DNA of 61,164 bases, filler included, from Sphacelaria rigidula (taxonomy: Eukaryota): assembly GCA_964200075.2 (NCBI GenBank). It is 10 parts of 10 records of this genome, joined end to end, with 100 filler letters (N's around TTAATTAATTAA, not from the genome) between each part and the next. Parts side by side here need not be neighbours in the genome. Positions count along the whole stretch, not along the records: positions 49,013 to 55,038 come from CAXNAA020022716.1; positions 55,139 to 61,164 come from CAXNAA020022717.1; 8 more parts are not named here. One strand, written 5' to 3'. The notes beneath the pieces are model-generated. The model was not told the origin of the DNA, searched no databases, and saw only the letters and a program-made list of their open reading frames with translations. Every line of letters starts with the position of its first letter. Within the stretch, counting starts at the first letter, position 1. A program made the position numbers and the translations under genes. Positions 51,050-61,164 of this stretch are shown piece by piece.

Positions 51050-51363
51050 CTGCACAAAGCAGACGAAGACGGCCTTGAATCCGGAACGAACGACCTCGAG
51101 GACCGTGTTGATCAACAGGAGACACGCCATGCCGCCAAAAATCTGAGGTCCCACGAACGCCCAGAACGTCACAGTGTCTACGCCGAGCCCGCCAACATCA
51201 ACGTTGTCAACGTCCACAGCGATAAAGAAGAGAGCGGCGCTGATGACCACGTAAATGATCGCTGTGGAGACGGCCAGTAGGCCTAGCCCCAGCCTGACGA
51301 TGATGTCATTAGCGAGGACGGTTACGCCGCGTTTCTGGAACAGCTCACGGACGCGAACCATGG
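51050..51363 (-). CDS. Choline transporter-like (CTL/SLC44/PNS1 family) protein, downstream exon
   Basis: The acceptor is TTTAG|CC and the donor CAG|GTGTGA. It reads (A)MVRVRELFQKRGVTVLANDIIVRLGLGLLAV...LINTVLEVVRSGFKAVFVCFVQ, with two hydrophobic helices and the family-typical RG....ND and AVFVCF motifs. Phase 1 matches the upstream exon. Confidence 0.85.
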
Positions 51364-53937
51364 CTAAAGTTGGGGATTTTTCAGAAACAGGGAGAGCCGG
51401 GACGGCAAGGGTTCACGGTTCGGACGAATCAGAGTTCATACGAGTTGACTCCCCTGAAATGACAGGATTCAGCCATATGCCGACTGTTGTTCCCGCATGA
51501 ACTCGAGTGTGGATAACAAATGAAGTGGAGTCATCTCCGGCGCATTACAGATGGGAAAGAAGAATGCGTGATTCAAGGCCCATGAAATGAGAGGGTTCAA
51601 CCATGAGCCGACTCTTCGTCGCGCATGAATCCGAAAGTGGCAAACATGTGTACGGGCGCTCACCTCGCACGAATCACACATGTTTTATACATGTCATTCA
51701 CGCCTCATGAAATTGAGAGTGGGTGGCATGTACAATCGGTTCATTCCACATGAACTACAGGGGATGAATATGTGCTCGTGATTTTCTCGCACCTTGAGAT
51801 TACACTAGTGGATCTACAGAAGAACCTTCTCACGATGTTCTTCAGTCATCCCAAAACTGGGAACTTTCTCCCACGCCCTGAAAAATGACGAAAGACTTCA
51901 TTCAAAAAGTGTACTGCATACAGTATAGAATACATCGTCTACTGCAATAGGCGCAATAGTCAATACTGTACGCAGTACACTTTTTGACAAAAACAATATT
52001 TTGTCGAGGGTGTAGTCCCTACGAATGGCTGTGGTAGACGGATTCTTGACGTTCCTGGAGTTCTGTGTTCGTGTCCCCCGGACAACGTTCACGAAGACAA
52101 TTTCCAACAACCAACAGCTTGCTAGCTGTCTAGTTCCCAAGCAGGGACTTGCCAACTCTAGAGGACTATCGACCTACGGGTGCTCCACACTACTGGTACA
52201 AATCCACATCCACGAACCCAGATTCCATGACGTAATAGAGCACTGAAACAGCGTCCGCACTACCGTAACCAGTCCTCAGTAGGAGGGCGCATAGTATCTT
52301 CATGGTTCGTCAACCCTTTGAGCCGCCACGGTGAATCATCCGGGTACTGCGCTCATTTTTCAAGTGAAAGTGATAGTGCCGATCCAACACATGACACATC
52401 CTGGTGGCCCAAGGGTTAAAACCCCGTGACCGCGAGGGTAGATCATGTAGGTCATGCATACATTTTTACAAGTGAAAAATCGGGCTCTTCTTGAAGGAAC
52501 ACGTACACGAAAAAAACAACCATCTTCCTTTTGCTTGACCGCGAAGCAGCAGTCATTTTTCATTTTCGAGTCAATGTATGCCAACGCTCCACATTTGTGA
52601 AATCGATTGTTGCATGAGGTTGCTCCTACAGTAAAGATCCCAAAAATCTTCGTGGCCAAAGAAGTAAAGCTTGAAAACGGCTTCACAAACAACAGACTAA
52701 AACTTGCAAAAGTATTCCGAGAGTCATGTCAGTAAAAGGGGGGTATTCGGACAAGGATATCGATCGTCTTTCAACCACTGTCTGAACCAGGACTTGAGTT
52801 CCTCTTCGATCAGCACAGGACTGTGGGTGGTGCAGACCAGAGGCGCATTTATCATGGAACAACCCAACAGCAACAAACAAAAGGCACCGAAACTATTTTT
52901 TTCCGGATATCTTCGCGCCACTAGTTCCCCCAACAACTTGAAGGTGTTCTCTTATTTTGCACACCGCTAGCGACCCACGACGCCCCAGCAATGTCAAGGT
53001 CACGCTGGAGAGTGTGCCCTAAAAAATCCTCACATATATTTGGGCTGGTACATTCATCTTAAACATCATAAACCGTGTGTGTGTTCGTGGGGGGGGGGGG
53101 AAGGGGGTTCTCATGATCATGCATGCCAGACCATTGACCTCGCATCCCTACAAAGCCGGGACGGAGCACGCCGGCTTCTCGCCGGACCATGCTCGCAATC
53201 AATCACCAAGCGCGAAGCGCTGTGGTGTGCTCGGCGAGTCGCGTGAAGGGTGAGCCACATCCTGCCAAAAAATTCGGCCCAAAGTCTACTGATCATCTTG
53301 CGTTTGGATGACAGCCTCCAATAAGTTGCTTAATTTTCTGGTGTCGCCACTCCCAGAGACAGCCACGGCTTACACACTACATCATGGTTGTCTCACCATT
53401 TCAACACTACGTAGTACGATCATCCCCTTTGTGCGGAGTGTGTTTGTGGCGGGGGGGGAAGGGGGTTATTATAAGCCGCCTAATTTTCAATTTTCTTCTG
53501 TGGACCGCCGCGTGGGCCAGGTACGGACCAGGAGGTGTGTTCAGCGTAGCTTCCCCACAACGCCTTCATGTATGGAACCTTGAGCTGCACGCCTGAACTG
53601 AAGAATGCAAGAGCTCACGCCGAGGGAGTACAACGTGTTGGCGCCAAAAAATTGACGACCGATACGCGCAAAAACCCAATGATGATACATCCAACTCCCC
53701 ACCCCCCTTTACTTTTCCTCGTGAGTAACCTGTGCTGTAGCTCATCTGCCCTCCTCGATGAATGCTTTGTATTGTGTTGCCTTGCATTGATGCAGCACTA
53801 CCGCAACTCGTCAACATCGATCGGGGTCCCCCTCTCCCGTACCCCCGTACCCCCCTCGTCCCCCCCACAGGTATCCTCCTGTGAGAATAAAGTCAACAAC
53901 CGGACCCCTTCTCCATTCCTCATCCACAAAAACGAAC

Positions 53938-54119
53938 CTTCAGAGAAGTCCAGGCCGTAAATGCTCACAAAGCAGATGGTGTAGGTGAGGATGTAGTCTA
54001 CAGCGGCCTTAGCCCACCCCATGATGACACCCGCGCAAGGGACGAAACGAAGGATGCGCCGGGCGAAAGCGTGAAGAAGGCGCATGACATTTTGCACCAC
54101 AGCGGCTTTGCAGAGAGAT
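53938..54119 (-). CDS. Choline transporter-like (CTL/SLC44/PNS1 family) protein, upstream exon
   Basis: The acceptor is GGCAG|A and the donor G|GTTCGT. It reads SLCKAAVVQNVMRLLHAFARR...VDYILTYTICFVSIYGLDFSE, matching the family GS.C and IYG..F.EA motifs. Confidence 0.85.
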
Positions 54120-54179
54120 CTGCCACACGCGTACGAAGGGGTGGACGACGGGGACGCTTTGTGAGATGAGAAGCAGACA

Positions 54180-54181
<2 letters not shown>

Positions 54182-54244
<63 letters not shown>
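54182..54244. repeat. (TG)n microsatellite, intronic
   Basis: About 31 uninterrupted TG units. Confidence 0.97.
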
Positions 54245-55038
54245 ATATACACAATGATTGTCGTACTTGGGGTCACATGGTGGACGTGACAGAGATGACC
54301 AATACAAAATGAGAAACTCGCTGGAGAAAACTGAAGAAAATAGGAAGGTGGAACAGACAGGCAAGCGTAGACTAAGGAAAAATAAAAGAAAGAAAGATCA
54401 GAACAAAACAAGACCAAAGAAAAATCTATAAAATGGCTGGCCTCTGCCACATGGTTTCGGTGGAGAAGGTCTTGCGAAAAAACAACCGTCATACAGTACC
54501 TAATCGTAAATATGTAGATATTTTGTTGCACACCATGAACAATGAATTACATCGTCAAAAATTGTACTGCGTACAGTATAGAATATTTTGTCTATTGTAA
54601 TAGACGCAATAGTCTACACTGTACACATTATACGTCTCGACAATGTAACCCATAGTCTAGGGTTTGGATTATTGATCAAAAATACACATACACCGAAAAA
54701 AGTCACACCTCTCTATTTTAGTACAGTACTGCAATTTAACTTCCCAGCATCATTATATCAGGTCTTCGTCATACACGCATAGAATTTCTAATAATAACAA
54801 TAAAATGAACGCATTCATCACGTGGTGACCGTACTCGGACCAGTCTCCTCCCACACATTTTTCAAGTAACCTTGGCGAACCCCACATCACATCAACCATT
54901 TTACTCAAGGTTTTACTCTCATATTTTTTTTTCCACATTAGAGCGTACTGTAGCCGTACCCACTCACCACGTAAAAGTCGTTTGTATATGGTTGAAAATG
55001 GGTCGAAAAAATTTCGTTTTTTCGGTTCAACTTGTAAA

Positions 55039-55138
55039 NNNNNNNNNNNNNNNNNNNNNNNNNNNNNNNNNNNNNNNNNNNNTTAATTAATTAANNNNNN
55101 NNNNNNNNNNNNNNNNNNNNNNNNNNNNNNNNNNNNNN
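55039..55138. other. Artificial contig linker
   Basis: 44N-TTAATTAATTAA-44N. Confidence 0.99.
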
Positions 55139-56546
55139 TAGCTTTCGCAGTAAGTAGCGCGTGTCACAACATCGTTGCCAACCGCCGCCGCCACTCGAGG
55201 GGAGGAGGGAGGAGGGGCAGAAGTACGTGCGGAGGGGGTGTGACTTGCACCAAGATACGAAGTACGAATATTCCCCCGAGAACCGGTAACCCCCTCAGTG
55301 GTCCAATTCAGTGATACTGGGTGCAGAAGCGATCTTTGTTACCCAGGGAAGTGAAGCGGATGCTAGCACAGTATCCCCTCATCCCCGAACTTTGGGATCA
55401 AACGTTCGCTGTAATGAGCGGCAGCACGCGAAAAGTCACCCAAAAATACCCGAGGACAAGATGCGCCTTTTCATAGTTCGCTTGCAGGCTGTATCTATAG
55501 TACTACAATATCAACTGGAAATTACTGTTTATAGCCGAAAACAAATAAAATGTATTCAAACCGTGTATATATTCCAGTACAGTAGTATAATTGCTTGAAT
55601 GGAAACAAAATTGATTATAACTGTTCGAATCTTGGTCGTTCGGTTTATTTTTTTGTTTTGGGCAAGGAGAAGACCCACACTATTGGTTGGTTGGGATTGG
55701 GATTGTTTGTCGGATGTTTGGTTCATGGATGAATGAATTTCATTTTTAGGGCAAGGGAAAGACAATATATAATAGCTGTTGTACATGTGTCGCAAAGACA
55801 AGCGAGCATGATGTACGGCGCGAACGTCAGATCTTTGCCAGATCTTTATCGAGGCGGCGAAATGAAACATCGCACGACCCTATGTACGATTTTGTAGAAG
55901 AACAGTAGGGCCTCCCCACCTCGTCCTCATTCGCAACAAAACAGTAACACTTGTACTTACACGATGGAGTTTGGCACCCGTTACCATTTCCCGAATATTT
56001 GGTGTTTTCGGTGGACCGACTCGATCCGGATTAAATAAGTGAAGACTCAAAAAGGATCATTTTCTTTCGATTCCACCTAGTCACTACGTTAAAGCAGGAA
56101 AACTATGTGTTTTGGACCATTTACGGTCAATAACATCCTCGTGGTAAACGGTCTTCATCTGGAATCGCTCCCACAACAACAACTTGGGCGATTGTGATTT
56201 GGGCACGGTTTGCATATTTTGCCAAAACTATCGACGCTAGCACTTTCGAGTGCTCATGGAAAATGTTATGCGGAAAAACCCCGAAAATAGGCCATCCGCA
56301 GAAAATGCTAGGCTGAGGTCTGTGCAGTATAGGAAGGAAACACGATCTCGATCGTTTTTGTGAAGAATTTTTAACGTATCAAATTATATGAATATTGGAC
56401 CAAAGATTCTTGCTACGTTGAAAATTCTTATATTGGACGTATTCCAGTCTGTAAGGCACCTTGCTCCACTCGATCTGTTGTTTTTTGTCCACTCGGTCTG
56501 GCCTTCAAAATATCGTATCGAACTTTTTTTTCATTCGACATCCAAC

Positions 56547-56684
56547 CATACCCTGGACAAAAGAATACACGGTCGAAAAATGTACTGCGTACAGTATGGA
56601 ATCTTTCGTCTATCGCAATAGACAATACATCTCAAACTGTACGCAGTACATATTTCGACTCTGTATTCTACTGTCCAGGGTATG
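56547..56684. mobile_element. Hairpin MITE family E copy
   Basis: CATACCCTGGACA..GTCGAAAAATGTACTGCGTACAGT is inverted to ACTGTACGCAGTACATATTTCGAC..TGTCCAGGGTATG. Confidence 0.75.
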
Positions 56685-57889
56685 CATCTAACACTGGTAC
56701 AAACCCCCCTAGATTTTGAAAACCTATTTTTGAAAAGTCTACAAGAAGCAACTTAACCTTCATCTGTGTGTGGGAGATCTGGCTTGTGATGCGCGGGTTT
56801 TGTCCGCTAATTTCATGAGGTAGATTTTGTCCCGGTCATCTTCATTTGGCCTAAACATTTCTGTGGTGGGAAAACGGGTGCACAACCAAGGCACAACCCA
56901 AATGTGGCAAAAAATCCATCCATTTGGGTCGAAGAGGGGTACGCAGTTCGAATGTTGAGATAAAGATGAGCCCTCCGTGCCCAAGGAAACTCGCTTTCCC
57001 GACAAGCCCATACTGTGTGTTTCCTCACTGCGATGCATACTGGTGGCTGTCGGCACGAAAGCTGCTACGCATGCCGCCATAAAAGTGACTGCTGGCTCTA
57101 TTGAAGTTTGTGCGGAGATGAAGATGTTGCCGCGTGCTCTTTTGGCCCTAGGCCATATCTTCACGAGGACACCTCTTCAGATGAACAAAAGAGACTCCAG
57201 TACCGCACAAGGGAGCTTATGCATCCGCACATCCACACCGCCCGTTGTTGCGCCGCGAAACTGACATGCAGGCAATTAACTGCTGTAGAATTGTGGCCAG
57301 AACCATCGATATTTCTATCGAGCGTTGAGGCGCACATCCATCCTCCACAAAATATAGCCGATAGGTAGCATGGGTAATTTCCGCCTACACCTGCGTGTAT
57401 CGTAGACCCGGACTTCTCTGCAGCATCACCGTTTGTGTAGAGGGCACCGATTAATTCGATGTCTCACCTCAGACGGCGTGTCTCCTTCAAGTTGATTCTG
57501 TGTAGCTAAGCGGCAGACGGCTTGGTTGTGGTCGAAGTGGTAGTAGATGATGGGATGATGGGGTGTTTTTCGACAATACATTCTCTTTCTCTCAGACCCG
57601 CGGTCGAACCCGTGAAATGAGTTTCTCCGTTTGACGATTATCTCAAGTGACAACACGAGAGTTTATGATAAATTGACGGGGTAAGTTTATCTTCCCGAGA
57701 TGAAACTTGTGACCCTTCAATAATCCGTCGAATTACTTTTGAAAAAGTGCAAATGTAAAAATAATACTTTGTGACCGTGATGTGTGGCCTCGTGAAAGAC
57801 CCATGTTGTTTGTACAAGTACTTGATGTACAAGGTGCAACAACGTGCAAAGTATACTGAAGTAATAACATACTGTTGTGTCTGTACATG

Positions 57890-60700
57890 TACGTGCGGTC
57901 CTTACTATATCATTTGTGGATCGAGCAAATGCGTATAGTGTACGCCAACAGCAAGCATGAACATCCGGTTTGTAACGCTCTCTCTGCCACACAGTGTCCG
58001 TGATCCTTCTTGTGGCATGGTGTCGTGTATATTGCGGCTGTTGTGTGATACAGTGTGGTGAGTTCAGAATTCAGGGCATTGATTTGACCGCGGGTCGGGA
58101 TGAGTGGATAGATATATTTTACACCCAAAAATTAAATTAAGTGGGTCCTGTCCAGCTCTCGCGTCGGTAGTTCGGTGACAGAAAACTTGTGAAACAGGTG
58201 AGCGACATGTTGTACTGGTTGAGGTGCCGACACATCACCTAGCGATGAAGAATTGATTCGACCACAGCTTATCTCTTGCTGATACACCATAAAACATGGC
58301 AACACCGAGCGTGACAATACACAACTGCTGTGTGTTGCACCTTCAAATTCCGCAGCATTCAAAATAGACGGTTGTGGATTTTTATCTTTGACCTGTACTG
58401 TAGTATCGACCTGCCCACTCCCATTACCACGACCAAGCAGCCCTGCTGTGTGCTACAGCACGGGGGAGAGGGTGCCGGTAATAGTGTTTTTCGAAGCATA
58501 ATAGGGACTGGAGCTCGTGGTATGCTATTTCCACGATACTCCACAGAAACTGCAGCGTCCTGACAGCAAGTGAGCCGACAGGTGCCGTGGAGCTTGCCAG
58601 TTATTATGTTCTGAAACGGCGATAGTGTCACCGGGATGTCACTGCTAGCTGTCAGCAGTAGCAGAGGCAGCAGAAGGGCATCATCTGCTGGAAGAATCGT
58701 TATGTTGCGTCGGTTGTACTAGCAGGAAAGACAGCATAGCTCGTCAGGAGGAAATAGCAACAGTCAAAACAGCCTCTAATATTTGTACGGTGCTTGGTCT
58801 CGAAAGTGCGGTACCACTACCAGTACTCGCAGGGGCAGGAACACAGGTGTGAGTAACCATTACGGTGTCCGCGCAGACAAACTGTAAACCAGTACAGACA
58901 ACAGTACAGTACATTGCAAGGTGTATGATCACTTGAGCAACTATATTGTAGGCGACGACGTCATTCAGGGTTGGGGAGCTCCCATGCGTTCGTCTCTGTC
59001 TGATCGCCTCCAAGCTATATCCCCCTCCCCTCCCCCCACCAAAGTCTTGCTTGGCTGAACAAGTCGTGGTTCTCTTCTACCTGCCCTTGCGTCTACCACC
59101 TACGCTGACCTCACCGCACTGCCACGGCTCTTGCGATTGGACCCGGACCGCACTGTGTTGTACCGCACTGTACAAGTATGAGGGAAATGTTCGTTACGAT
59201 GATAACCCTCCCCCCCCCTTCCCCCCTTGCCGGCGTACGAGAAGGACAGAGGCTCTCTCGATCTCTCTCGTTCACAGCAGGAAGTTTGTCGAAAATTGTT
59301 GACAAGCCCATGGGGCGGCTGTAGTCCCTAGCGAGGCTGCAGCTGGTGAACTTGCCTTCGTACGGTTGCTGTGGCGTCACTTCGCCGCACCTCATAGTCC
59401 GAGACCTACCATCTGAACGAAGGACGGAGCCAAACGGAATCATGACTTTGGCCCGCAAAGTAGCCAATACAACCGCATAGACACCAGTATTGTACTGCAT
59501 AAGTACCGCTATTTTGCGCATCCGAGCTATTGAACTCCGGGACACCACATGCTCCTTTAGTAGTTAGACCACTGGGACAAGGATAGATACAGGTTGGGTC
59601 CTTGCTGGACGACTACTTCACTACTTGTACTGTAGACGAATGTCAAAGGCTGCGGTTAGGCACGACGCATACATGGCTCAAGGGTTAAGGACTGCAGAAT
59701 ACACCTTGTGATGGTCGGGGGTTGAGAGTTGGTGCTTGCAAACAGAGAGGAGCAAGCTGAAGGCCAGCCCGCGATATTGTTCCGAAAGATTTGGCGTCCA
59801 CGTCGAGGAGAGGAAAGACACAAAACTGCGCCAGATGTGTTCCTTGGAGGTGAAAATTTAAGCGAAATGTTCGTAAGGGTACACTGCCTCTTCATGGTCG
59901 ATAAGAGACAGAGACCGCGGAGCCCTTCTCGCGAAGGCAAGCACCGTAGGAGTACGTTGAAGTGCCATAGAAAAATGAAAGGACACAACACAAGAATCTC
60001 ATGTGCTGGTTTCTCTCGTGTGACCGACAGGTACAGACTGGCATTCAGACTGTTGAGAGATGGCATGACAACACACACACACAGCGCCACTACAGCAAGC
60101 TGTTTTGTTCAGGCTGGTAATGCCATAGCCATGTGGTCTATCCTACTTCAGCACGATGGTACAGTACACGTGCCGTTTGGCGTTAACAGCTCTAGGCGTA
60201 CACAGATTATACGAAATCGTATGGCGTTCTCATATTGAAAAATTGTCATTCGTGGAGCGGATCTTGAGTACATTTTATTTGATCGAAAAAGTGCGGTGGG
60301 AAAGCAAGAAATCAATTGATAGGTCCACGGCATTTCTGTTTCTAGCTGGCTTCAACTGTTTTTATAGTCAGCGGCGCGCGGACGGGGAGAGATTATGCCC
60401 GAGCTAAGACGAACTTCCATGTGGTGAAAAGACAGGGGGAAAAAAATGTTGAAAGCTGCCTCTCGGGCCGTTCTCTTTTTCACAACACGACCGTTTCTTT
60501 TTGACCAAAAATATACTGCGGTGAGCGGAAAACGCAAAGTTGCCCTGGAACGGCCTCAACGAGTAGAGCCAGATAGGAGGGAAAATATGCCTAAGCGAAG
60601 TCTTTTCGAACGACAACATGCGGAGAATAGGCGCGAAGGGGCACTTGACTCATATCTTGCAGACCACCACGCCACCTACCACCCTTTCACAGAAACATGC
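57890..60700 (-). pseudogene. Possible highly decayed MULE (Mutator-like) transposase
   Basis: Motif remnants occur in the expected order: YSPHVVVRK../LRHIF (~60600), GYGITS (~60120), SLNASL..REKP (~60040), FTSCSLARDYSRP (~59330) and MCRH..FLSPNYRRESW (~58200). There are many stops and frameshifts. Confidence 0.3.
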
Positions 60701-61164
60701 AAACCCCACACATTTCTTCCTCAGCTACTACCGCAACCCTGCATTATGGAGCACGAGAGGAGGACAGGGATAGATACACTGCATCAGTTGGGCATGATGT
60801 GTTTAATTCTGTTGCCGACACTTGAGCATCTTATTTCATGGTAAAAGACGACGACGGACTTGTGTACAGGCTCATGGACACTGCAGGCGGTAAAAAACTA
60901 CATGCTTTACCAGTCCTTTTCATGCCGTATGCAGGCAGAGAAAAGAAATAGACCTGTCTTGCCTGCACTGCACGTTGGCCGCTTCTTCTTCACATCCTTT
61001 CGTACAAAACACGCACACGCACACCCAGTTCCACTGTATGCAGACAGTACAAAACTGTCGATATTTTTGCCAAGCAAACAAGCACTGCTTTCTTTCTTTC
61101 TTTCTTTCTTTTCTCTCCCCGTTGAACTCGGGAGAGCTACTTCTCACCGGTTTTCGTGGCGTCT

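Noticed and set aside
53998..54531. ORFs with poly-(HT) tracts
   Set aside because: These are translations of the intronic (TG)n microsatellite; the real exon is 53938-54119.

Overview
This is repeat-rich eukaryotic nuclear DNA. Long GT-AG introns, a dense MITE load and roughly balanced GC suggest a brown alga or other stramenopile, but that is an inference. The window is not contiguous. It is ten unrelated contigs of 6027/6026 bp, apparently size-sorted, joined by artificial 100-nt linkers (44N-TTAATTAATTAA-44N), so nothing can be linked across contigs. Almost all entries in the ORF track are noise. Host-gene fragments I could reconstruct by hand are a CCHC zinc-knuckle Gly/Pro-rich exon, two exons of a DnaJ/Hsp40, and two exons of a choline-transporter-like (CTL/SLC44) protein. 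Decayed spliced genes are a 4-exon PIF/Harbinger transposase, a 5-exon Sola1-like transposase, and an orphan gene of about 10 exons with an intron-split C4HC3 PHD finger. There are weaker hints of hAT and MULE relics. Structural elements include a ~1.07 kb foldback palindrome in the DnaJ intron, several MITE families (one carrying TTAGGG-like hexamers) and several dispersed repeats. I found no rRNA, tRNA, CRISPR array or prokaryotic operon. Exon boundaries were read by eye, and family assignments rest on motif recognition, not database searches.
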